A stretch of DNA of 64,000 nucleotides, from positions 6,512,001 to 6,576,000 of the forward strand of contig CM075995.1 in the NCBI GenBank assembly GCA_038087875.1, in the 5' to 3' direction. The notes beneath the pieces are model-generated. The model did not search any database. It saw only the letters and a program-made list of their open reading frames with translations, and was not told where the DNA came from. The stretch is from Malacoraja senta (Eukaryota). Both the position numbers and the translations under genes were made by a program. Positions 50,251-62,754 of the stretch are shown one piece after another (the first letter of the stretch is position 1; every line of letters begins with the position of its first letter).

Positions 50251-51134
50251 TCTCTGCATGTTTTTAATTTTAAATTGAGGTATATATTTTAAATACGGAA
50301 AGAACCTTCCCTGCTCCATTTAATGTGCCGCTTCTGCCCCCAAACAATAACAATGCAAGTTAGAGATTCCTCTGAAAGTTATAATCAGTTAAGGTGGTAG
50401 AGTTGCTACCTCACAGCACCAGAGATCCGGTACGATCCTGACTACGGGTGCTTGTCTGTACGGAGTTTGTACGTTCTCCCCGTGACCGCGTGGGTTTTCT
50501 CTGGGTTCTCCGGTTTCCTCACACACTCCAAAGACGTCCAGATTTGTAGGTTAATTGGCCTCTGTAAATTGCCCCTAGTGTTTCGTGGGTGGATGCGGAA
50601 GTGGGATAAGATAGAACGAGTGTGAACGGACGATTGATGGTTGGCAAGGCTTTGGCCCTGTTTCCATGCTGTATCTCTAAACAACCCTGAATTAAACTAA
50701 AAAGCAGTAAATAATGATGCATATGAAAGCAGGGAATGCAGGGTTATGTGCATGCAGATAAAAGTTGGTTTGGCATCATGTTCAGTACAGATATTCTGGG
50801 CCGAAGGGCTTGTTCCTGTGCTATATTGTTCCATGTTAAAATGTTAGTCCCAGGAGAGTAATATTTCCTAAATTGCGGAGTATGTATATTTTAAAGTTTA
50901 TCATTAAATGTTTAGTTTAAAATACGGCATAGAAACAGGCCCTTCGGCCCACCAAGTCCAGGCCGACCACCCGTACATTTGTTCTATCCAACACACTAGC
51001 GACAATTTACAGAGGCCAGTTAACCTACAAACCTGCTCGGCTTTGTAATGTGGGACAAAACCGGAGAACTCCTTTATCCTTTATCTGTACACTGTGGACT
51101 TGTAATCATGAATAGTCTATCCACTGACTGCTTA

Positions 51135-51940
51135 AGGGGCTGTCCCACTGCGGCGACCTAATCTACGAGATTAGAAGAGTTTGCCCTCGACTCAAACTCG
51201 CAGCATGGTCGACACGTGGTCCTAGGAGGTCACTGGAACTCTCCTTCGTGCTCGAGGGAAGTTCCCGCATACTCGCGGCCTCAGCTAGGTCGCGGAACAT
51301 TTTTCAGCATGGTGAAAATTTTTCTGCGAGTAAAAATTGGCCGGCATGGTTCTTTTGAACTCGTGGTGCAGTGGAGTGGGGTCGCTATGTAGTTATAGGC
51401 AGTCGAGGGCAGCCGTAGGCAATCTCCTTCGCTGACCGGGCATTTTAATTGGCTGATTGGAGTTTTCAGGATCAAGGAAAACCGACCGGTAGGTTAAATG
51501 CCCGCAAAACTTTATTATACTTCTTAAAAGTGTCTCCACTCCTTCTCCCCCCCTTCTCTCCCCTTCTCTCCCCTTCTCTCCCCCTCTCTTCCCTTCTCTC
51601 CCCCCCTTCTCCCCCTTCTCTCCCCCTCTCTCCCCCCACCCCCCTCCCCGCTCTCTAAAGGACTTACCATTACCGTGCAGCCGTCTTTTACCTTCCTCTT
51701 CATCGCGGGTGTGAATTTCAAACAGCGCTCTCCCGCTTTCCCTGGACCCCGTCTTTGCGATGTGTTTGTGTGTGTGTGTGTGGGTTTGTGTGTGCGCGCG
51801 CGGACGGTCGATCCAGCTCGCGGTTTCATCGCTGACGGTCAATCCAGCTCGAGGTTTTTCAGGCGAGTGCCCTCGAGCTTGAAGGTCGAAGACACTCTTC
51901 TGAACTCGCGGATTAGGTCGCCGTAGTGGGACAGGCCCCT
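51135..51940. mobile_element. PIF/Harbinger-like MITE
   Basis: TTA|AGGGGCTGTCCCACTGCGGCGACCTAATC...GATTAGGTCGCCGTAGTGGGACAGGCCCCT|TTA, inserted into a Rex1-type 3' UTR. Confidence 0.82.
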
Positions 51941-52645
51941 TTAGCACGCAACAAAAACGTTTTACTGTACCTCGGTGCACGTGACAATAGTAAACGATAA
52001 GCAAGGCAAAATAACCCGGATTTAAATGATTAGTCTGATGTTTAGTTTAGAAATACAGCGTTGAAATAGACCCATACGCCGACCCCATACGCTAACGCTA
52101 TCCTACACACTAGGGACAATTCCCGGAGAAAACCCACACGGTCACAGGGAGAAGGTACAAACTACGTACAGACAACACTCGTGGTCAGGATCAAGCCGGA
52201 TGTCTGGTGCTGTAAGGCAGCAACTTTACCGTTGCGCCACTGTGCCGACCTTGATTTAATAGTGAGTCATGTGCAGTATTTAATTTGATAGAGGAATAAT
52301 GTCTTCCAAGTGCAGTGCTAAATGTAGTTGCAGTGATATTGGCTGAAGGTTTAGTTTAGTTTATTGTCACGTGTACTGAGGTACAGTGAAAAGCTTTTGT
52401 TGCGTGCTATCCAGTCAGCGGAAAGACAATACATGATTACAATCAAACCATCTATAGCATACAGATACAGATATAGGATAAAGTGTATAACGCTCAGTGC
52501 AAGATAAAGTTCAGAAAAGTCCAATTAAAGTTAGTGCAAGGGTCTCCAATGAGGTAGATGGTAGCTCAGGACTGCTCTCTAGTTGGTGATAGGGTGGCCC
52601 AGTTGCCTGATAACAGCTGGGAAGAAACTGTCCCTGAATCTAGAG

Positions 52646-52858
52646 GTAGACAAAAATGCTGGAGAAACTCAGCGGGTGAGGCAGCATCTACGGAGCGAAG
52701 GAATAGGCGACGTTTCGGGTCGAGACCCTTCTTCAGACCCTTCAGGCCCGAAACGTCATCTATTCCTTCGCTCCGTAGATGCTGCCTCACCCGCTGAGTT
52801 TCTCCAGCATTTTTGTCTACCTTCGATTTTTCCAGCATCTGCAGTTCTTTCTTAAACA
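52646..52858. mobile_element. Fold-back Penelope-tail insertion with 12-bp TSD
   Basis: CTGAATCTAGAG at 52634-52645 and 52859-52870; two inverted tail copies joined at the hammerhead. Confidence 0.8.
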
Positions 52859-54199
52859 CTGAATCTAGAGATGTGCGTTTTCACACTTCTGTCCCTCTTG
52901 CCTGATGGGAGAGGGGAGAAGAGGGAGTGGCCAGGGGTGCGACTGGTCCTTGATTATGCCGCTGGCCTTGTAGATGGAGTCAATAGAAGGGAGGTTGGTT
53001 TGTGTGATGGTCTGGGCCACGTCCACAACACACGTCCACTATGCTGGTGGCTTTGCCAAGGCAGCGTTAAGTGGAGTCAATGAAAGGGAGGCTAGTTCAG
53101 TTCAGTTTACGTAATCATCTTGTGTACCGAGGTACAGTGAAAAGCTTTAGTTGCATGCTAACCAGTCAACGGAAAGACTATACATGATTACAATTGAACC
53201 ATTTACAGTGTACAGATACATGATAAGGAAATAACGTTTAATGCAAGGTAAAGCCAGCAAAGTCTGATCAAGGATAGACCGAGGGTCCAATGAGTAGATT
53301 GAAGTTCAGCACTGCTCTCTGGTTGTGGTGGGATGATTCAGTTGCCTGATAACAGCTGGGAGAAGAGTTTGCGTGATGGTCTGGGCTATGTTCTCAACTC
53401 TCTTTCATTGTGCTGGTGGTCTTGCCGACGCAACGTGAACTGTAGATGGAATCAATGGAAGGGAGACACGAAATGCTGGAGCAACTCAGCGGGACAGGCA
53501 GCATCTCTGGAGAGAAGGAATGGGTGACGTTTCAGGTTGAGACCCTCGGAAGAAGGGTCTCGAACCAAAACGTCACCCATTCCTTCTCTCCGGAGATGCT
53601 GCCTGTCCCGCTGAGTTACTCCATCCAGCGTTTTGTGTCGGTTATCTTCAACGGAAGGGAGGTTGGCTTGCGTGATGATCTGGGCTGCATCCACAGCTGA
53701 TCAGCTCCTCAGCTGATCCACAGTAAGGTTTCTACTAAATGTCTTGTCATCGGTTTTCATTAAACAATATAGTCAAAATGAAACTATAACGCAGACCCAC
53801 TCCAGTTTGGGAAGAAATTGTGCCATATGACTTGGGAACTTTTGACTTTTTGACTTTGACATATGACTTTTCACCCAGAGAGTTGTGAATCGGTGGAATT
53901 CTCTGCCACAGAAGGCAGTGGAGGCCAATTCACTGGATGTTTTCAAGAGAGAGTTAGATTTAGCTCTTGGGGCTAATGGAATCAAGGGATATGGGGAGAA
54001 AGCAGGAATGGGGTACTGAATTTGGATGATCAGCCATGATCATATTGAATGGCGGTGCTGGCTCGAAGGGCCGAATGACCTACTCGGGCACCTATTTTCT
54101 ATGTTCTATGTTTCTATGTAACATTCTGCCATTATGCTGGTGGCCTTCCTGAGGCCGTGTTGTGTGCAGACGGAATATTGACGTCTTTCTCTGCCCTAG

Positions 54200-54687
54200 G
54201 AGGATGCGAGCTGGACCTGGCGCGGTTTTACCAGCTGATCAACGACATGGGCGGCATGCAGCAAGTGACGGACCTCAAGAAGTGGAGCAAGCTGGCGGAC
54301 CTCCTGCGGATCCCCAAGAGTGCACAGGACAGGCTGGCCAAGCTGCAGGAGGCCTACTGCCAGTTCCTCCTCTCCTACGACTCCCTGTCGCAGGAGGAGC
54401 ACCGGCGGCTGGAGCGGGAGGTGCTGAAGGAGAAGGAGAGCCTGGAGAAGAAGAAGGGCCCGCTGGAGGCCCACTCGGACAGCACCAACAAGTCCCAGAC
54501 CCTGCCCAGGTTCGAGCCAAAGAACGGGCTGGTCAACGGCCTGGTGCACAAAAACGGCTTCCGCAAGAGGCTGAAGGAGATCACGGACGCTGAGCTGAAG
54601 ACGGGCAGGCGGCGATTGTTCCCTCAGGAAAAGAAGAGTGAAGAAGACAACGAGGTTCTCAGCGACTTGTACAAGTGTACATACAAG
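54200..54687 (+). CDS. jarid2: JARID2 exon encoding the ARID domain
   Basis: Acceptor ccctag|GA completes [65 protein letters not shown]; donor AAG|gtgcgt; 488 nt (phase 1 to phase 0). Confidence 0.97.
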
Positions 54688-54799
54688 GTGCGTGCTCTCG
54701 AGGACGTTTTAGCACTCGGTTTTGGAGACACGGGGTGGAAACGGGCCCGCCAAGACTGCGCTGACCAGCGAAAACCTTTCGGACCTTTCGGACCTTGGA

Positions 54800-55190
54800 G
54801 CCAGTACCGCCATTCAATATGATCACGGCTGCTCATCCTAAATCTGTATCTTTCTCCCCATATCCCTTGATTCCATTAGCCCTAAGAGCTATATCGAACT
54901 CTCTCTTGAATACATCCAGTGAATTGGCCTCCACTGCCTTCTGAGGCATAGAATTCCACAGATTCACAACTCTCTGGATTAAGAGGTTTTTCCTCATCTC
55001 AGTCCTAAATGGCCTACCCCTTATTCTTAAACTGTAACCCCTGGTTCTGGACTCCCCCAACATCGGGAACATTTTTCCTGCATCTAGCCTGTCCAATCCC
55101 TTAAGAATTTTATATGTTTCTATAAGATCCCCTCGCAACCTTCTAATACTCCAGTGAATACAAGCCCAGTTGATCCATTCTTTCATCCCC
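54800..55190 (-). mobile_element. CR1 LINE 3' fragment
   Basis: ORF 54833-55192 with RGDLIETYKILKGLD...RVVNLWNS. Confidence 0.85.
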
Positions 55191-55394
55191 ATAGACTAGC
55201 ACTATCCTACACACTTTAGAGATACAATGCGGAAACAAGCCCTTCGGGCCAACGAGACTGTGCCGACCAGCGATCACCTCGTCACTTGCACTATCCTACA
55301 CACTTTAGACTTCAGAGATACAACATGGAAATTAGAGTTGATGGGTAGAATTGTTGCCTTACAGCAGAAGAGACCCGGGATAAGGTCCCACATA

Positions 55395-56505
55395 GGAGAT
55401 GCATTTGATAAGATTCCACATGGGAGATTGGGCAAAATTAGAGCACATGGTATTGGGGGTAGAGTGCTGACATGGATAGATAATTGGTTGGCAGACAGGA
55501 AACAAAGAGTAGGGATTAACGGGTCCCTTTCAGAATGGCAGGCAGTGACGAGTGAGGTACCGCAAGGCTCGGTGTTGGGACCGCAGCTATTTACAATATA
55601 CATCAATGATTTAGATAAAGGGATTAAAAATAACATTAGCAAATTTGCAGATGACACAAAGCTGGGTGGGAGTGTGAACTGTGAGGAGGATGCTATGAGA
55701 ATGCAGGGTGACTTGGACAGGTTGGGTGAGTGGGCAGATGCATGGCAGATGCAGTTTAATGTGTATAAGTGTGAGGTTATCCACTTTGGTGGCAAAAACA
55801 GGAAGGCAGATTATTATCTAAATGGTGTCAAGTTGGGAAAAGCAGAAGTACAACGGGATCTGGGGTCCTTGTTCATCAGTCAATGAAAGTAAGCATACAG
55901 GTACAGCAGGCAGTGAAGAAAGTAAATGGCATGTTGGCCTTCATACCAAAAAGGAATTATAGGAGCAAAGAGGTCCTTCTGCAGTTATACAGGGCCCAAT
56001 TGAGACCACACCTGGAGTATTGTGTGCAGTTTTGGTCTCCCAATTTGAGAAAAGACATTCTTGCTATTGAGAAAGAGTGCAGCCTAGGTTCACGAGGTTA
56101 ATCCCCGGGATGGCGGGATTGTCATATTTTGATAGAATGGAGCGGCTGGGCTTGTATACTCTGGAATTTAGGATGAGAGTGGATCTTATTGAAACGTATA
56201 AGATTATTATGGGTTTGGACACACTAGAGGCAGGAAACATGTTCCCAATATTAGGGGAGTCCAGAACAGTTTAAGAATAAGGGGTAAGCCATTTAGAACG
56301 GAGATGAGGAAAAACTTTTTCGCACAGAGAGTTGTGAGTCTGTGGCATTCTCTGTCTCAGAGGGCAGTGAAGGCTGGCTCTCTGGATGCTTTCAAGAGAT
56401 TCAGGGGATATGGGGAGAAGGCAGGAATTGGGTATTGATTGTGGATGATCAGCTATGATCACATTGAATGGCGGTGATGGCCTACTCCTGCACCTATTGT
56501 CTATT
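55395..56505 (+). mobile_element. CR1 LINE RT and 3' end
   Basis: [37 protein letters not shown]; frameshifted; tail present. Confidence 0.88.
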
Positions 56506-57339
56506 GGGTCAGACCCTGAGTACGGGTGCTGTCTGTACAGAGTTTGTACCTTCTCCCTCTGACCTGCGTTGGTTTTGTCAAATGGCTGTCTGGTATCTTG
56601 ACAATTTCTTTGCCATTTACTGACTTGCAAGTAATCCCCAAAGAATACCTCTTGGCTTCTGAAGAAGGGTCCCGCCCCGAAACGTCACCTTATCCATGTT
56701 CTCCACAAATGCTTCCTGATCTGCTGAAATACTCCAGCACGTTGTGTCTTCTTTCATAAACCAGTATCTGCAGATCATTGTTTCCACAATACTCCAACCT
56801 ATTCCGAAGAATGGTCCCCACCCGAAACGTCATCTATACATGTTCTCCGCAGATGCTGCCTGACCCGCTGAGTTGCTCCAGCACTTTGTGTAGGAATGAA
56901 CTGCAGATGCCTGTTCACACCAAAGATAGACACAGAAAGCTGGAGTTACTCAGCGGGTCAGGCAGCATTTCTGGAGAAAAGGCATAGGTGACGTTTCGGG
57001 TCAAGACCCTTCTTCAGACCAACACGTGGCCTTTTGCTGGTAAACAATGTGATGGGAAAGATGTTGTCAAGCTGGATAGTGTACACAGAAGAAAGACACA
57101 CAAAGCTGGAGGAACTCAGCGGAACAGGCAGCTTCTCTGGAGAGACGGAATGGGTGACGTTTCGGGTCAAGGATGTTGCCAGGGCTAGATGGTCTGAGCT
57201 ATAGGGAAAGGTTGAGTAGGCTGGGTAGTTGTGTGATGGTCGGGGCTGCGTCCACAACTCTGCAATTTCTTACGGTCTTGGATGAAGCTGTTCCAAAACC
57301 AAGCTGTGATGCATCCCGACAAAATGCTTTTAAATGCTT

Positions 57340-57700
57340 CACAATAGACAATAGACAATAGGTGCAGGAGTAGGCCATTTGGCCCTTCGAGCCAGCACTG
57401 CCATTCAATGTGATCATGGCTGATCATCCCCAATCAGTACCCCGTTCCCGCCTTCTCCCCATATCCCCTCTCTCCGCTATTTTTAAGAGCCCTATCTAGC
57501 TCTCTCTTGAAAGCATCCAGAGAACCTGCCTCCACCGCCCTCTGAGGCAGAGAATTCCACAGACTCACCACTCTCTGTGAGAAAAAGTGTTTCCTCGTCT
57601 CCGTTCTAAATGGCTTACTCCTTATTCTTAAACTGTGGCCCCTGGTTCTGGACTCCCCCAACGTCGGGAACATGTTTCCTGCCTCTAGCGTGTCCAAGAC
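57340..57700 (-). mobile_element. CR1 LINE 3' fragment
   Basis: ORF 57434-57697 and (CTATTGT)n tail. Confidence 0.85.
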
Positions 57701-58154
57701 GTACAGGTTTAGAAGGTTAATTGGCTCTGGTAAATGTAAATAGTCCTGAGCATGTGTAGGGTAGTGTTAATGTGTGGGGATTGCTGGTCGGTGCGGACTC
57801 GGTGGGCAGAAGGGCCTGTTTCTGTGCTGCATCTCTAAACTAAACTAAACCACAGGACGCACGTTAGTCTAGCTGTCTTCTCATTGATGCTGTCTGCCGT
57901 CATTGGCAGTGTTTCATACTCTAGATGATCCATTTTCAGAATTTATTGATTAATTTGCCAACATTTGATATCTGGAGATTAAACGGCCTTGTACTTTCAC
58001 ATCCTTTTAATTGAGAGAATCAATCATAAAACTAGTTGGCAGTACGTCGGTAGGAAATGAGTCAGACCTGGACTAACCTCATTCTGATCTCATCCAGTCA
58101 TCAATCCCAACAACAAAGAACATGAAATCTAAATCCATCCTGTCATCAGCCTCA

Positions 58155-58470
58155 GGGGCGGTACTGTGGCGCAGCGGTAGAGTCACTGCCTCAATGCGCC
58201 AGAGACCCGGGTTCGATCCTGACTACGGGTGCTGTCTGTACGGTGTTTGTACGTTTTCCCCGTGACCTGCGTGGCTTTTCTCCGAGATCTTCAGTTTCCT
58301 CCCACACTCCAAATTCGTACAGGTTTGTAGGTTAATTAGCTTGGTATCAATGTAAAAATTGTCCCGAATGTAGGATAGAGCTAATGAACGGGGATCGCTG
58401 GTCGGTGTGGACTCGCTGGGCCAAAGGGACTGTTTCTTGTTGTATTTCTAAACTAAATTAAACTAAACTT
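58155..58470 (+). mobile_element. V-SINE (HE1-like)
   Basis: A and B boxes, V domain, tail. Confidence 0.8.
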
Positions 58471-58477
58471 CGATTTA

Positions 58478-59881
58478 CAGTGTCCTCAATAATGTTTGGG
58501 ATATATATTTCTTTGCCTCTGTACTCCACAATTTGAGATTTTGTAATAGAAAAAAATCACATGTGGTTAAAGTGCACATTGTCAGATTTTATTAAAGTGT
58601 ATAAAAATAGCCTTTATTAAAATTATTGAAGGTACTGGCTCACTTATCTTCATGGATGATACAACTGCTGATGGTAGTAGCGTAATGAATTCTGAAGTGT
58701 ATAGACACATCCTATCTGCTCAAGTTCAAACAAATGCCCCAAAACTCATTGGCCGGCGGTTCATTCTACAGCAAGACAATGATCACAAACATACTGCTAA
58801 AGCAACAAAGGAGTTTTTCAAAGCTAGAAAATGGTCAATTCTTGAGTGGCCAAGTCAATCACCCGATCTGAACCCAATTGAGCATGCCTTTTAGATGCTG
58901 AAGAGAAAACTGAAGGGGACTAGCCCCCAAAACAAGCATAAGCTAAAGATGGCTGCAATACAGGCCTGGCAGAGCATCACCAGAGGGGCGGCACGGTGGC
59001 GCAGCGGTAGAGTTGCTGCCTTACAGTGAATGCACTGCCGGAGACCCGGGTTCGATCCTGACTACGGGTGCTGTCTGTACGGAGTTTGTACGTTCTCCCC
59101 GTGACCTGCGTGGGTTTTCTCCGAGATCTTCGGTTTCCTCCCACGCTCCAAAGATGTACAAGTATGTAGGTTAATTGGCTTGGTAAATGTAAAATTTGTC
59201 CCTAATGGGTATAGGATAGTGTTAATGTGCGGGGATCGCTGATCGGCGTGGATCCGGTGGGCCGAAAGGGCCTGTTTCCACGCTGTATCTCTAAAAAACT
59301 AAAAGACACTCAGCAACTGGTGATGTCCATGAATCGCAGACTTCAAGCAGTTATTGCATGCAAAGGATATGCAACAAAATAATAAACAAGACTACTTTCA
59401 TTTACATGACATTGCTGTGTCCCAAACATTATGGTGCCCTGAAATGGGGGGACTATGTATAAACACTGCTGTAATTTCTACATGGTGAAACCAACCTTCC
59501 TCACAATGCTGTGTACGACAGTGATCGCAACTTCTACTGAAGTGTGAATGGCCGTTGGCTCGCTAGAAGCTCATCTGCCCTTTGACAAGTCTTGTTTTTG
59601 GTCCTGCTGGGGGTCCACAGCCCCCTCCTCACCTGGCAAACCAGGTGGGGGAGACGGCTTAGTCACCAACTGTCTGAGCAGGTAGCACGGGATCACATGG
59701 TACCCGTGGCGGGGGGAACTCCCCCGACCAAAATGTATAAAAATAGCCTTTATTAAATTCTGACGATGTGCACTTTAACCACATGTGATTTATTTTTCTA
59801 TTGCAAATCTCAAGTTTTGGAGTACAGAGGTGAATATATATAAATGATGGGTCTTTGTCCCAAACATTATGGAGGGCACTG
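58478..59881 (+). mobile_element. Internally deleted Tc1 copy of the 35517 family with two nested insertions
   Basis: TA|CAGTGTCCTCAATAATGTTTGGG...CCCAAACATTATGGAGGGCACTG|TA. Only the C-terminal transposase part remains ([23 protein letters not shown]). Nested V-SINE at about 58986-59303 and an insert at 59495-59726. Confidence 0.88.
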
Positions 59882-59929
59882 TATCTGCTTTTCCATCCAA
59901 GCTCTCTCTGATTTGTCCCACTACAGGTG

Positions 59930-60420
59930 ATCTCTCCCCCAATCTCTCCCTCAGTCTATCACCCCCAATCTCTCCCCTCCCCCCTCCACCCTTCCCCTCC
60001 CCTTCCTCCTCTCCCCCTCTCTCTCCCCTCCATCTTCCCCCTCTCCCTGTATTCCCCTCTACCTCCCCATCCCCCTCCCTCCCCTTCCTCTCCTGCTTTC
60101 TACCCCCTCTCTCTCCACCTCCCCTTCCCCCGTTCCCGTCCCTTCCCCCACTTCACCCCCTCTCTCCCCCTTTCTCACCCCTCCCCGTCTCTCCCACACT
60201 CACCTTTTCCCTCCCCCTCTCTCCCCCTCCCTCTGTCTCCCCCAGTCTCTCCCCCTTTTCCCTCCCCCACCTAGCCCTCTATCCCCCTCCCTCTGTCTCC
60301 CCCAGTCTCTCCCCCTTTCCCCACTCCCCCCTCTCCTCGCCCTCTCCCACCTCCCCCTCTTCCACCTCCCCTCTCCAACACCTCCTCTCCCTCCTCTTCC
60401 CCCTACCCCCCTTCCTCTTT
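59930..60420 (+). repeat. Polypyrimidine (CT-rich) low-complexity tract
   Basis: About 490 bp of mostly C/T with internal duplicated units. Confidence 0.9.
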
Positions 60421-60872
60421 GGGTCTTTGCACATCCACAATCCTTTCCACTCGTGACTTTAAATTACATTTCATGTTTCATGTATCTTGTGTTTTATGAT
60501 TGTTGGCAGATCAATTTCCCTCCTGGGATAGACAATAGACAATAGGTGCAGGAGTAGGCCATTCAGCCCCTCGAGCCAGCACCACCATTCAATGTGATCA
60601 TGGCTGATCATCCACAATCCTGCCTTCTCCCCATATCCCCTGACTCCGCTATCTTTAAGAGCCCTATCTAGCTCTCTCTTGAAAGCATCCAGAGAACCGG
60701 GCTCCACCGCCCTCTGAGGCAGAGAATTCCACAGACTCACAACTCTCTGTGTGAAAAAGTGTTTCCTCATCTCTGTTCTACATGGCTTATCCCTTATTCT
60801 TAAATAAATAAAGTTGTATTGTATCGTTATCTCTGATCGTTAAACCAATTTCCCTCCTTTATTTGTGCGCAG

Positions 60873-60965
60873 GGGCGATCCGTGTCGCTAACTACGTTCT
60901 ATCGGACTGCTAGAAACACGATGAACATGTGCTTTAGTAAGGAGCCGACGGCAGCTGAAGTGGAG
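60873..60965 (+). CDS. jarid2: JARID2 93-nt exon (absent from the ORF track)
   Basis: Acceptor tttgtgcgcag|GGG, donor GAG|gtagga. Manual translation [31 protein letters not shown] continues ...KCTYK in phase 0 and matches the JARID2 segment preceding JmjC as I recall it. Confidence 0.93.
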
Positions 60966-61389
60966 GTAGGAGCGTGTAGCATTGTATGTCAGTCTGGCGT
61001 TACCTTTCATTGACACATCGCAGGCCGAGCCAGCGGACGGAGCAACAGTTTATAGTCATAGGGCGCGGAAACAGGCCCTTCCACCCAAGTACCCAATGCT
61101 CTTGCCCAGAGTAGGGGAATCGAGGACCAGAGGACATAGGTTTAAGGTGAAGGGGAAAAGATTAATAGGAATCTGAGGGGCAACTTGGCCACAAGTCTTC
61201 ATTCCTATCGTCCAAATCATTAATATACAACGTGAAGAGTAGTGGCCCCAGCACCGACCCCCGCGGAACTCCGCTAGTCACTGGCAGCCAGCCAGAGAAA
61301 GCCCCCTTTATTACCACTCTTAGCCTCCTGCCATCCAGCCAACCTGCTATCCATGCTTTGATACCATGGGCTATCATCTTCCTTAGCAG

Positions 61390-61570
61390 TTTAAGAAGGA
61401 ACTGCAGATGCTGGAAAATCGAAGGTACACAAAAATGCTGGAGAAACTCAGCGGGTGCAGCAGCATCTATGGAACGAAGGAAATAGGCAACGTTTCGGCC
61501 GAAACGTTGCCTATTTCCTTCGATCCATAGATGCTGCTGCACTCGCTGAGTTTCTCCAGCAGTTTTGTGT
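61390..61570. mobile_element. Fold-back Penelope-tail insertion with 14-bp TSD
   Basis: ATCTTCCTTAGCAG at 61376-61389 and 61571-61584; palindrome centre ggcaacgtttcggccgaaacgttgcc. Confidence 0.8.
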
Positions 61571-62434
61571 ATCTTCCTTAGCAGCCTCACTTCTGGCACC
61601 TTATCAAAGGCTTTCTGAAGATCTAAGTGAACAACATCTACTGACTCTCCTTTGTCTGTCCTGCTATTTACTTCTTCAAAGAATTCCAGAAAATTTGTCA
61701 AGCAAGACCTCCGCTTCACAAAGCCATGCTGACTTTGGCCTATTTTATCGTGAACTTCTAAGTACTCCGTAACCTCATCCTTTATAATGGACTCTAAAAT
61801 CTTACCAACCACCAAAGTCAGATGAACTGGCCTATAGTTCCCACTATTCTGCCTTGCTCCCTTCTTTTGCAGCGGGGTAATATTAGCCATTGGCAATCTC
61901 TAGTGATTCTTGAAATATCACTGTCAATGCCTCCATAATCTCTTAAGCCATCTCTTTCAGAACCCTGGGGTGCAGTCCATCTGGTCCAGGTGACTTGTTC
62001 ACCTTTAGCCCTTTCAGTTTCCCAAGCACCTTCTCCCCAGTAATAGCCACTCCACTAACTTCCACCCCCTGACTCTCTTGAATTTTGGGCATTTTGCTGG
62101 TGTCTTCCACTGTGAAGCTGATGCAAAAAAGTTATTCAACTCCACTGCCATTTCTTTATTTCCCCATTACCACTTCTCCTGCATCATTCTCCAGCAGGTC
62201 CAATGTCCACTCTTGCCTCTTTCTTACTCTTTAAATAACTGAAGAAACTCTTGCTATCCTCTTTTACATTTATGGCGAGCTTACCTTCGTAGTTCATCTT
62301 TTCTCCCCGTATTGCTTTTTTAGTTACCTTCTGTTGTTCTTTAAAAGCTTCCCAATCCTCTGGCTTCCCACTAATCTTTGCCACATTGTACGCCTTCTGT
62401 TTTAGTTTTATACTGTCCTTGAATTCCCTTGTTA

Positions 62435-62754
62435 AAGCCCTGTCCCACAGTACGAGTTCATTCCAAGAGATCTCCCGAGTTTAAAAAAAATCAAACTCGT
62501 GGTAAGCACGGAGAATGAACGTAGCGGGTACATCGGAGCTCGGGGACGTCTCTTAGCGCTAACGGCAGGTACTCGGGAAGACTCACTAACGGCAGGTAAG
62601 CACGGGAATACTCATGAGGATTTTTCAACATGATGAAAAATGTCCACAAGAGCCCCGAGTACCGACGAGTGGCCATTACCGTAAATCTCCGAGTTCGAAT
62701 CAGGGCAACCTCGGGAGAACTCTTGGAATGAACTCGTACCGTGGGACAGGGGTT
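62435..62754. mobile_element. PIF/Harbinger-like MITE
   Basis: TTA|AAGCCCTGTCCCACAGTACGAGTTCATTCCAAGAG...CTCTTGGAATGAACTCGTACCGTGGGACAGGGGTT|TTA. Confidence 0.82.

Noticed and set aside
54162..54593. Overlapping alternative-frame and antisense ORFs over the ARID exon
   Set aside because: Expected from GC3-rich codon usage; no recognisable motifs.
58986..59065. tRNA-like sequence with A and B boxes
   Set aside because: It is the head of a V-SINE, continuing into the V domain and LINE-like tail; not a tRNA gene. The same applies to all other copies.
59495..59726. Complete second HDV-like ribozyme
   Set aside because: No upstream P2 partner or convincing P3/L3 could be assigned; kept only as an unclassified structured insert.
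59869..60456. 195-aa Pro/Ser/Leu-rich ORF
   Set aside because: Product of a polypyrimidine low-complexity tract, starting inside a Tc1 terminal repeat.
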